Source of the DNA: Polyangiaceae bacterium
Lineage (GTDB): Bacteria; Myxococcota_A; Polyangia; Polyangiales; Polyangiaceae
DNA: 64,000 nucleotides
Assembly: GCA_965222375.1 (NCBI GenBank)
Contig: CBDCTZ010000014.1
Location: 1,088,001-1,152,000 of the forward strand
Reading direction: 5' to 3'
The translations under genes were made by a program, and so were the position numbers. The notes beneath the pieces were generated by a model, which worked only from the letters and a program-made list of their open reading frames with translations, was not told where the DNA came from and searched no databases. Below are positions 28,175 through 36,634 of the stretch, piece by piece; position 1 is the stretch's first letter; the number at the start of each line of letters is the position of its first letter.

Positions 28175-29545
28175 TCAGCCACGATGGCGAAGGGCATCTC
28201 CGATGGTGCCCGCGATGCCCGTCGCGATGGCCGCGGCGCGCGCACTTCGGCCCCGCGCCACGTCGATCCGCTCGCCGCCGCGGAAGACCGCCTTGACGTT
28301 CCGGACGCGGTCGAGGTCGAGGCGGGGGTCGCCCGCGATGACCACCAAGTCCGCGCGCATTCCCGCCGCAATTCGCCCGCGGTCCGAGCAGCCCAGAAGC
28401 CGGGCACTGCCGGATGTGGCTGCGGCGAGGCACTCTTGGACCGAGAGGCCGCCGTTGCTCATTACAGATAGCTCGTCAGCAACTCGCCCCAGCACGCTGA
28501 ATCCATAGGGCCCGTCGCTGCCGTAGGACAACGGGACCCTGGCATCGTGCAAGAGCCGAAGGTTTGCGAGCGCGTTGCGCACACCTTGTCGCGCGAGTTC
28601 CTTGCCCACGCCTCCCCCGATGCCCGGTGGCACCACGTCCTCGGATGCGGCCCAGGCTTCGGCGAAACGACGCCAGGAGCGCCGTACAGACGGCGTCACA
28701 CCTCGACCCCGAACGGGATCCCTATCCCAACGCTGCTCGGGCCCGATGCAAGACGAGTGGAACACCCACAAGGTGGGGCAAACGTCGACGCCACTGTCAC
28801 GCACTCGCTGGACGAGTTCTTCGTCCAGTGGGTCGAAGGACGAGTGCACCAGCGCATCCACTCCCGCGTCCAGGGCCGCGCGATAGTCCGCCGCCCAATG
28901 AGCATGAGCCATGACTCGCAGACCGAGTCGGTGCGCTTCATCCACGATGCCCTTGGCCGTTTCGGGCGACATGACCGTGAGGGACTTGTAGTCGTAGCCA
29001 CTGTGCATGACGCAGATCTTGACGTGGTCCATGCCTGCATCGGCCACCCGCTGCACTGCCTGACGCCCCTCTCGATCCGAGGAGCAGGTCAGCACCACGC
29101 CCAGCGCGGCGTAGCGCGCTGGCATCCAGTCTAGGGGGTAGCCCTCCGGGTTGGTCAGAAGCGGGCCCGCTGCGCGAAGTGCGGGGCCCGCATGCGGCGA
29201 ATTTTCCGCCGCGCGGGCCAACTGTCGGCTCAGGGCGGCGGAGCCCCCCATGTCACCGACGGTGGTGACGCCGCCCTCGAGCAACAGCCGTTGGTTGCGA
29301 GCGATGGCCATGAAGTTCGGGGGCTCGATGGGTTCGAAGAGCCCCGCGCGGCCCACATGTGCGTGCGCATCGATGAAACCTGGCAGCAGCGTGTCGCCCC
29401 GTGCGTCGTAGACTATGGGGAGCCCTGGCAGGTCGTGTCCGCGGTGGACTGCCTTGATCTTGCCGGCACGGAGTTCGAGGTGCGCCGGAGCGTGGATCAT
29501 GCGCTCGCCGTCAAAGTGTCGATTGACGACAATCAGCCCGTCCAT
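28175..29545 (-). CDS. Metal-dependent amidohydrolase (imidazolonepropionase/prolidase-like)
   Basis: LLPGFIDAHAH, GVTTVGDMG, HVK, AHAH, GSD, 'GRIAAGMRADLVV'; start taken at MDGLIVV. Confidence 0.85.
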   Translation of the reverse strand: MDGLIVVNRHFDGERMIHAPAHLELRAGKIKAVHRGHDLPGLPIVYDARGDTLLPGFIDAHAHVGRAGLFEPIEPPNFMAIARNQRLLLEGGVTTVGDMGGSAALSRQLARAAENSPHAGPALRAAGPLLTNPEGYPLDWMPARYAALGVVLTCSSDREGRQAVQRVADAGMDHVKICVMHSGYDYKSLTVMSPETAKGIVDEAHRLGLRVMAHAHWAADYRAALDAGVDALVHSSFDPLDEELVQRVRDSGVDVCPTLWVFHSSCIGPEQRWDRDPVRGRGVTPSVRRSWRRFAEAWAASEDVVPPGIGGGVGKELARQGVRNALANLRLLHDARVPLSYGSDGPYGFSVLGRVADELSVMSNGGLSVQECLAAATSGSARLLGCSDRGRIAAGMRADLVVIAGDPRLDLDRVRNVKAVFRGGERIDVARGRSARAAAIATGIAGTIGDALRHRG

Positions 29546-29574
29546 CACGCCCCCTTGCGCTACCAGACGTTTGG

Positions 29575-30144
29575 TCAGCTGGGCATGCAGACTTGGACGC
29601 AGTCCTTGCAGCCCGGGCAACTCGACGCGCAACCGCAACTGAGACCCCCTGGGCAGGTGCCCGGGCCGGTGCAAGATTGTAGGCACAGTGGTGTGGTGCC
29701 CGTGTAGACGCAGATCGCCGTACCCTCGCAGGCAATCGCGTCGCAGGGCGCCGCTGCAGTTGCAGCGCATTGCTTCACGCAGTCTTCAGCGCTGGCAAAG
29801 TTGTTGGCATTGCCTTCGCAGCCGCCATAGGAAAACCCTTCGCACTTGCCGGACTGGGCGTTGAACCACCAGCGCGGGATCGCGCCGTCGCAGGGGCCGA
29901 CATCCTTGGGTAATTCGCAGGTGTTGCCGCTGGTACCCGCGGCGCCGCCGCTTCCGGAACTTGCGCCCGTACCTGAAGTGCCGCCCGATCCACCACTGCC
30001 CGAAGCCGCACCGCTGCCTCCGGAGGCCGCACCAGAACCGCCCCCACTTCCTGCGCTGCCGCCACCACCGCCTCCACTGCCCGACGAAGAGCAGGCAAGT
30101 GCTACGAATGCCCAGCCACCGATCCCAAGTCGCCACACGTCCAT
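29575..30144 (-). CDS. Lipoprotein with BPTI/Kunitz protease-inhibitor domain
   Basis: C-x8-C-x15-C-x7-C-x12-C-x3-C with FSYGGCEGNANNF (29767-29919); lipobox ALAC. Confidence 0.9.
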   Translation of the reverse strand: MDVWRLGIGGWAFVALACSSSGSGGGGGGSAGSGGGSGAASGGSGAASGSGGSGGTSGTGASSGSGGAAGTSGNTCELPKDVGPCDGAIPRWWFNAQSGKCEGFSYGGCEGNANNFASAEDCVKQCAATAAAPCDAIACEGTAICVYTGTTPLCLQSCTGPGTCPGGLSCGCASSCPGCKDCVQVCMPS

Positions 30145-30204
30145 GCGCAGATCATGGGCGCGGAACTCGGGTGGGTCAAACGCTAGCTCGCTGTCGTCCC
30201 CAGC

Positions 30205-30857
30205 TCAAGGGCTGGGCACGCAGAAGCGCGCCACCCGTGCTCTGAGCAGGTCGCCGTTCGGCTCCAGCGAGGACCAGCCGAGGAGCAGCTGATCTGCCGT
30301 GGGTGATGCGAGCAGGGAGAGCCGCTGCTCAGCAAGGGCACCGCTGGGCTGATACGCACGTTGGTACAGCACATCGCCGCTCGCGTCGAAGATGCGTAGT
30401 TCGAGGGTGATCCCGAAGGGATCACCGCCGTCGATGGTGGCGACCGCTACTCGGTCGCCCAGGCTCGCAAGACCTGGGACCCCGCTGTAGGATGAATCCA
30501 CGCTCGGCACTGCGTTGCCGAGCGGGACGCCCCCGCTGTCGAGGCAAAGCAGCATGGCCGGCGGTTGGGTTTCGGCATTGATACCGGCATAGCGGTAGAT
30601 CAACCAGGCGCCGTCCGGCGCGGGCAACAGTCGCATCCCGAGCAAGTCGCCGTCGACCCGCCGCTGCCTGCACTGCCGCCGATGGCGCCGCTACCACCGC
30701 TTCCCGCGAAGGCCCCGCTGCCCCCTAGGCCTGCAGTTCCGCCGGCGGCGGTTCCTGCGGATCCACCACTAGTTGGAGAGGACTCCCCAGACAGCACCCC
30801 GGAGCGAGAGCCGCAGCCCGTGGCCAATACCAGTAACGCCAGAATGTGGGTCCTCAT
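30205..30857 (-). pseudogene. Lipoprotein gene broken near 30640 (frameshift or internal deletion)
   Basis: Signal peptide with ATGC lipobox and Gly tether in one frame; protein-like C-terminal region (30205-30645) in another frame. Confidence 0.6.
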
Positions 30858-30873
30858 GACGCCTGCGCCATGC

Positions 30874-30888
30874 GCAAACCGCGTGCCG
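30874..30888 (-). promoter_or_regulatory. sigma54 -24/-12 promoter
   Basis: CGGCACGCGGTTTGC (GG-N10-GC) just upstream of ATG 30857. Confidence 0.6.
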
Positions 30889-30970
30889 CGCCCGGGAGCA
30901 GCGGAAGCGCGGGTTCCAGGGCTCGGGTCGTGGCGCAACTGTGCCAGCTGCGGCGGGCCTGTCTCGGGAT

Positions 30971-31924
30971 TCAGTAAACCTCCGGCCCGATCACCCAGGA
31001 GACTTCGGACTGGGTCGCGCTGAAGCAGATTTGGAGACCGTTGGTGCCGGCCGTCCAATAGCTGCCCCAGCGCTGCGTGTTTTTCAGGAAGTTGGTATCG
31101 CCGTTGTAGTCGATGCGCCCGAGCTTGTGCCCCAGCTCCTGGAGCTCCTCCACCATGCCTTCGATCAGGTCGTTCACGGCGGTGCTGCTCCGTTCACAAG
31201 CGTCGATTCGAGCCGCGATGATGGCTCGCAGCCCGTCGATGCGCCGCTGCACCTCTGCATACGGCGCGGCTTCGATTTCTTGGTAGCCGAAGTGTGCATC
31301 TATGAGCGTGCCCTCGGTGGGCGGCGGCTTCGGCGTGATCACCCACATCGGAGCCAGGCCGCCGTCGAGCACGAGCCCAGCCGGACTGGTTGCGTCGAAA
31401 AGAGAGCGATGTCCCAATTCGATTAAAGCTGCTTCTCGCGCGGCGCTGACCCCGTCGGCCTCCAAGGCGCTGGCGAGTTGGTACAGCCGGTCCGGGATCC
31501 CGACAATGCCCAATTCCTGGAAGTGTTTCGGGCTCAGAGTAGGCAGCAAGCGTTCGAAGCTGAGGCGTGGCGGCGGCGCTTTGGCGGGTGCGGCCTTGGC
31601 AACTCGCGTGTGGAATGCACACGCGCTGCCTTCATCCAGCCATGCGTCACGTGCCCCGGCGTGATCACGCAGCTCGGCGAGGGCGGCTTGACAAACTGGG
31701 TCGCCGGCGTCGAGGGGAAGCTTGGCGAAGGAAGTATCCCGACGATGAAGCGGCTGATACTCCAACCAGATACTGTCGACTGAGGAACCCGTTTCCAAAA
31801 ACAACCCGCGGAGACGCTCGAGGGGGAACCGCACGCGACTCAGGGGGCCTGCAATACATAGGGTCTCATCACCGAGTTGAATGTGCCATTCGGAGAGCCC
31901 GACGCGAAATTGATAGTCCTTCAT
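30971..31924 (-). CDS. Hypothetical protein
   Basis: Long ORF with protein-like composition; start at MKDYQF avoids overlap with the divergent gene. Confidence 0.6.
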   Translation of the reverse strand: MKDYQFRVGLSEWHIQLGDETLCIAGPLSRVRFPLERLRGLFLETGSSVDSIWLEYQPLHRRDTSFAKLPLDAGDPVCQAALAELRDHAGARDAWLDEGSACAFHTRVAKAAPAKAPPPRLSFERLLPTLSPKHFQELGIVGIPDRLYQLASALEADGVSAAREAALIELGHRSLFDATSPAGLVLDGGLAPMWVITPKPPPTEGTLIDAHFGYQEIEAAPYAEVQRRIDGLRAIIAARIDACERSSTAVNDLIEGMVEELQELGHKLGRIDYNGDTNFLKNTQRWGSYWTAGTNGLQICFSATQSEVSWVIGPEVY

Positions 31925-32012
31925 GGCGGCGTGCCGGATGCGAATCCGGCAGTTTAGAGTTAGTGGTGGCCGCAGCTTGAGTTTAGGAGATGATCGGCGC
32001 ATGGTTCGCGGC

Positions 32013-32354
32013 ATGCGCTTGAAGATCTGGCTTTTTGCCGCTGTTCTGACCGCCGCCTGTGGATCGAGCAGCAAGACCATCCGCACTCCGCTCAAATCCG
32101 ACGACTCGACCCGGGCCGTCATCACCCGGGGCGCCGCAGCTATGGGCTGCGAAGCCGGCGGTCACGACGAACTCCTGGGAATCATGATCGATTGTCCGGA
32201 TGGCGGGCGCATCGTCTTTGGGCGGGACTCCGGGGAAAACATACGGGAAGAAAAGGAAGGCGAGCCCTACCCCATCGAGGTGCACTGCTATCGCTCTCTG
32301 GCGGACAAATGCCAGGCGACGATTGACCGCATCATGGCCGAGGGCAAGAAGTAG
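32013..32354 (+). CDS. Small Cys-containing lipoprotein
   Basis: MRLKIWLFAAVLTAAC lipobox; four further Cys. Confidence 0.7.
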   Translation: MRLKIWLFAAVLTAACGSSSKTIRTPLKSDDSTRAVITRGAAAMGCEAGGHDELLGIMIDCPDGGRIVFGRDSGENIREEKEGEPYPIEVHCYRSLADKCQATIDRIMAEGKK

Positions 32355-32431
32355 CCGCGGGCGTGCGTCGCCGAGACCCTCTGGCGGCGGCGACAAATCC
32401 ATTCGAGATTCTGGTTCGTAGGGGCGGGAGT

Positions 32432-33091
32432 ATGAACGTCTTGAAGTTCAAACCAGCCTGGGCCGCCGGCGCGGCGCTGGCTCTGCTCCCGACTGCTGCC
32501 AACGCAAAGCCAGCGGCGCTTCAAACCGGTGAGCCGCCCACCGGGGTTGAGGAGGTTGGCAATTCCAGCGCGGGGCAATCGTCCGGCCCAAGTCACGCCT
32601 TGTTCACTGAGGTGGACCCGCTGCCTTTCATCCAAAAAGGCTACGGCGTGCAAGTGGGGTATCGCATGCCTCGGATCCGCTTTGCCCTCGCCAGCTTTGC
32701 TCTGGACGTGCCCGATGCTGCCGCGGAGATCGGCGATGGCAACGATGGCTTCCACCTGAAGGTGCTGCCCAGCACGGCGCTGTACACCTTCTACTTCCTG
32801 TCTGACGCACGTGGCGGTTTCATGCTCGGCGGCGCGCTGCGTTACTTGCGCATCGAATACACCCACGATGATTTCCCGGGTCAGGCGACCCGCGCTGGCG
32901 AGTTCTCCGTCGAGGCTCTTTTCGGCTACAAGTGGCACCCTTGGTCCGCGGACTTCTACGCCATCCCCTGGCTCGGGCTATCCCGAACCCTCGCGCGCAC
33001 CGAGGACCCCGACGTCGGCACCAAGTCCTATTCACCGCTGCCGATTCAGCCCTTCTTTACGGTGAACCTGGGTTGGGAGTTCGCGCTCTAG
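32432..33091 (+). CDS. Putative outer-membrane beta-barrel protein
   Basis: Sec signal peptide, amphipathic aromatic strands, C-terminal VNLGWEFAL. Confidence 0.65.
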   Translation: MNVLKFKPAWAAGAALALLPTAANAKPAALQTGEPPTGVEEVGNSSAGQSSGPSHALFTEVDPLPFIQKGYGVQVGYRMPRIRFALASFALDVPDAAAEIGDGNDGFHLKVLPSTALYTFYFLSDARGGFMLGGALRYLRIEYTHDDFPGQATRAGEFSVEALFGYKWHPWSADFYAIPWLGLSRTLARTEDPDVGTKSYSPLPIQPFFTVNLGWEFAL

Positions 33092-33214
33092 CGCCGCCAG
33101 CTTCCGCTCGCGCAAGCAATGGGACCCAGCAGCGGTCTTGGGAGGACATAGGGAGAGTGCGCGCGTTTCAGGACCAAGGGTCTTTCGCCCACGGCCGTGG
33201 TAGTATCCCCGGTC

Positions 33215-33623
33215 ATGCGCGTCCCATGGATAGCGGCAAGCGGAGCGACCGTGGCCATCAGCGCGTTGTGCCTGGGGAGTGGCTGCACGTCCACGGCGTC
33301 CAAGACGCGGCCCGCCGGAGCACCTTATCAGCTTCGAATATCGGGACCCCGTCAACCCGGTTGCCAAGTCGGTCGCCAGTGTTGCCAAGGATAAGTTGCC
33401 CCCGAACAGCTGGTCGTTCATCGCTGTGAGCTGGAAGACCGGAGGCCCGATGAAGATCTTCGTGCGAGACGCGGAGGTCACCTACGACACGCCGGGCACG
33501 ATGCCGGCGACTCTGCACATCGTCGAGCCGGAACGAATCATCCATTTCGGGTTGGGAACTCAAGGGAAGGATTCGGCGAAGGGTTGGCTCGACGAGATCG
33601 TCATCCGCGACGCCGCCTGGTGA
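33215..33623 (+). pseudogene. Lipoprotein remnant: signal peptide joined out of frame to the C-terminal half of a LamG/ConA-like domain
   Basis: MRVPWIAASGATVAISALCLGSGC, then frame change near 33315 to 'NSWSFIAVSW...KGWLDEIVI'. Confidence 0.55.
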
Positions 33624-33629
33624 CGAACG

Positions 33630-34085
33630 TCAGGCGTCCACGCCCTCGATTGCCGCCTGAACCTCGGCACGGACCTGTTCGAAGTGAGCCTTGTCGCCGC
33701 CGGCTTCGACGATGACGATCTTCGATCCAGTTACGAAAAGGGTCGCCCAAAACACATGGGGCCGCTCTCGGTGGGACGTCGTGAAGCGCAGCTGCACACC
33801 GGGTGTGCCGCTTAGACTCTTCACGGCGACCTCGCTCTGCTTCGCGTACCCGCGCCGCGACAGCTCGTAACCCATTGCTGTTTTCCAAAACTCGAGGTTG
33901 CCCTTGGGGTCGTTGTCCGCGGTGCGCACGGCAATGACCACGCCCTCTGCGCTCGTGGCGCGGTACTTGTAGTCGTCGCTCCCCTCCAGCTCCGCGAAGC
34001 TGTCGGGTGTGTTGATGTCGAAGCCACGCGCGCATCCAGTCATCGCGACTAGGCTCAGAGCAAGCAGTATCAATTTGTGTTTCAT
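33630..34085 (-). CDS. Hypothetical lipoprotein, co-oriented with the DUF4349 gene
   Basis: MKHKLILLALSLVAMTGC lipobox. Confidence 0.75.
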   Translation of the reverse strand: MKHKLILLALSLVAMTGCARGFDINTPDSFAELEGSDDYKYRATSAEGVVIAVRTADNDPKGNLEFWKTAMGYELSRRGYAKQSEVAVKSLSGTPGVQLRFTTSHRERPHVFWATLFVTGSKIVIVEAGGDKAHFEQVRAEVQAAIEGVDA

Positions 34086-34111
34086 TGTCTATTCCTGAGT
34101 TCGAAGCTATT

Positions 34112-34990
34112 TCAACGCGATAGCAGATCTGAAACCCCGACCTTTCGGAGCCAATCCACTTGCAGCCGACGCGGGGTCGCTTTGGGCGTGGGTTTCGGCC
34201 CTCGCACGATCTTCTTTTCGCTCCGCTTGGCGTGGAGGCTGACGCGAATCACCGAGTACGCCGCGCGAGTTTTGAGAAACTGCATGCGTCCTTTGATCTG
34301 GTCGATTTGACGCGCGACCTTGTCCAGCTCTTTGCCGACGGTCAGGGCCTCGGTGACGTTCTTGGTGCGCGCCAGGAACTGCTCCAATCGGTTACGAACG
34401 GCTTCCAAGTTTTTCAGACGCACAGACAGGTCGTGGTACTCCTCGGACACGTCCTGTGCGGTCACACTGCGATTCGACACGTCGCCGAGTTTCGCGATGC
34501 GCTTCATCGCCTCACGGAAGTGCCGCGACGGCACGCGCACTTCCACCTGCGAATTGCTACGCTTCAACAGGAAGCCCCCCAGGCTTTCGGCCGCGTCGAT
34601 GACCGCCTCCACGGACTCGTGCATGCTGGCGCCAGGCACGTCCAAGCCCAGTCCGCCTTCGTAGATCAGCAGTGGTGGCTGACCGGGATCGATCTTTGGC
34701 CCGTCGGGGGCTGTTTTTGCCTGTGCCGCGCCAGGTTTGGTCGACGAAGCCGGCTCAGCGCTGGGAGAGGCCGGGCTCGGCGCAGGTGCCGCCATGGCTT
34801 CGGCGCCAGCGGCGCGGGCCTGGCCCGGTGGCGCCTGCATTGCCGGCTGTGCCGCCGGCTCGGCGTAGTCGGCGGCTGAACTGGGCGGAGCCATCGCGGG
34901 CGATGCCCCTCCGGCGCATCCAACCAGAAAGGTTGCGCCAATCAGTCCCAGGAGGCAGCTGTGACGAAAGGGAAGAACAAGATGCTTCAT
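34112..34990 (-). CDS. DUF4349 domain lipoprotein
   Basis: Lipobox LVGC; 'VRVPS...LGDV...AQDVSEEYHDL' followed by coiled coil and 'AAYSVIRV'. Confidence 0.85.
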   Translation of the reverse strand: MKHLVLPFRHSCLLGLIGATFLVGCAGGASPAMAPPSSAADYAEPAAQPAMQAPPGQARAAGAEAMAAPAPSPASPSAEPASSTKPGAAQAKTAPDGPKIDPGQPPLLIYEGGLGLDVPGASMHESVEAVIDAAESLGGFLLKRSNSQVEVRVPSRHFREAMKRIAKLGDVSNRSVTAQDVSEEYHDLSVRLKNLEAVRNRLEQFLARTKNVTEALTVGKELDKVARQIDQIKGRMQFLKTRAAYSVIRVSLHAKRSEKKIVRGPKPTPKATPRRLQVDWLRKVGVSDLLSR

Positions 34991-35070
34991 GCCCACACAA
35001 CGTGCCCAGGGCCGCAGACTTACACCAAGCGTCGACGCCGGGCAGTGGTCATGGCAGGGATCTGCGCCGG

Positions 35071-35808
35071 ATGCCCGAGCACCGCGACATATTGAGCATC
35101 AGCGGCCTGGGCGTGATGTGCGTCGTGGGTGTGTACCCAAAGGAGCGTGGCACGCCGCAGCCTCTGCGCATCGACGCCGAGTTGGTGCTGGACACCGAGA
35201 ATGCAGCGCGCAGCGCGCGCTTGTCACGCTCTGTGGACTACGACGCCATTGCGCGACAGATCGAAGCAGTGCTCGTCGCGTGTCGCTTTCGCCTGTTGGA
35301 GACCGCGGCGCACGCGCTCGCCACGTTGCTTCTTGCGCCACCTTCACCCGGTGAGCGCCGCGGAGCACTCTCCAGCGTGAAGCTACGTCTTGAAAAGCCC
35401 GAAGCGTTGGCGGGTCAGGCCATTGCCGCGTTGACTATCGAACGAGACAAGAATTGGTTTTCCATGGAGAGCCGGCAAGCTCCCTTTGGTGGCGTGGATA
35501 TTCTCCACGAAACTCGGGAGGCTAGTTTGTATCGCTTGCATCTGAGTCCGGCGCGGCAGATGCGTTTGCCCGCGATGCCTCAGGGCAGTGCTGCTGCGTT
35601 CTTTCTGGGCGACGGCATGACGTTGGATGGTGAACCCCAACGTGCACACCGTAGCGCTCGCCTCGACGCCAGCGCTGGGCACACCGTTCACAACGCCGCC
35701 AAGCGTGATGGCTCACTTCTGCTGGTCACCTGTCAACAAAGAGCGGACCTCATTGCTGCGCCTTCCGGCGAGGCTCAGAGCCGCTCCGGGGCAGGGCAGG
35801 GACGCTGA
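35071..35808 (+). CDS. folB: Dihydroneopterin aldolase fused to a cupin-like domain
   Basis: 'VGVYPKER...QPLRID...SVDY...FRLLE...LEKPEA', plus about 110 aa beta-rich C-terminus. Confidence 0.8.
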   Translation: MPEHRDILSISGLGVMCVVGVYPKERGTPQPLRIDAELVLDTENAARSARLSRSVDYDAIARQIEAVLVACRFRLLETAAHALATLLLAPPSPGERRGALSSVKLRLEKPEALAGQAIAALTIERDKNWFSMESRQAPFGGVDILHETREASLYRLHLSPARQMRLPAMPQGSAAAFFLGDGMTLDGEPQRAHRSARLDASAGHTVHNAAKRDGSLLLVTCQQRADLIAAPSGEAQSRSGAGQGR

Positions 35809-35979
35809 AAAGCCATCCATTGTTGCTGGGTTAGCCCACAAAAGCTCAAGCAATGGAGCGCTGTAGGTCCATATGCTCCATGTCCCACGTTGTCCTTCCA
35901 TTCTGAGGGATGCCGAGACTTTCGTATTTCCATCTGCTCCCGCTTCGGGCATTTCAGTGTTCGCACGGGAGGGTTTACG

Positions 35980-36456
35980 GTGGACTCAGACGCGACACAG
36001 CAGCACAGCTATCCAGAACGACTCACGCGAGAGCAGCGGCGATCCCGTCGCAAGCGTGTCGTGCGGGCCCGCACGATCAGCGTAGCCCGCACCGCACGAC
36101 ACGAGCTTTCGGAGCTCAAGCGACGAAACGCCGGCATGGGTCGCCAACTCCCCGAGTCTCGTTCCGAGTGCGCTGAAGGGCCGCGCCCCTGCCCCCACGT
36201 TTCGTGTCGCCACCACCTGTACCTAGATGTCTCGCCCAAGACCGGTGCCATCAAGTTGAACTTCCCGGACATGGAGGTCTGGGAGCTGCCGGATACCTGC
36301 GCTCTGGACATTGCCGACCGAGGGGGCGTGACCTTGGAAGATGTGGGGGCGATCATGAACTTGACTCGAGAACGCATACGGCAACTAGAGCTTCAAGCCC
36401 TGGGTCGGCTCGAGACGCTGCGCGACATGCGCGACCTGCGCGAAGTGGTGGATTGA
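35980..36456 (+). CDS. Stand-alone sigma70 region-4 HTH protein with Cys/His-rich N-terminal domain
   Basis: '[24 protein letters not shown]'; upstream C-x6-CPHVSCRHH...TC; GGAGG before GTG. Confidence 0.85.
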   Translation: MDSDATQQHSYPERLTREQRRSRRKRVVRARTISVARTARHELSELKRRNAGMGRQLPESRSECAEGPRPCPHVSCRHHLYLDVSPKTGAIKLNFPDMEVWELPDTCALDIADRGGVTLEDVGAIMNLTRERIRQLELQALGRLETLRDMRDLREVVD

Positions 36457-36634
36457 GCCACTCTCTGAGCGTTCCGCCGGCCTAGCTGCCAGAAATTCCG
36501 CGCTTTTCGCCTAATTTGGAATAGGGCGCTGCGGCGGTGGTAGACTTCCGCGTCGCCGTGGCACCCAAATTCCGGGCAAATATGTCGATCTGGTCGACGC
36601 GGGCCCGCGGCGTAGTGACGCGCGCAGAGGCAGC

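Noticed and set aside
28175..29770. 531-aa version of the amidohydrolase overlapping the Kunitz gene
   Set aside because: N-terminal extension is non-protein-like read-back; true start is likely 29545
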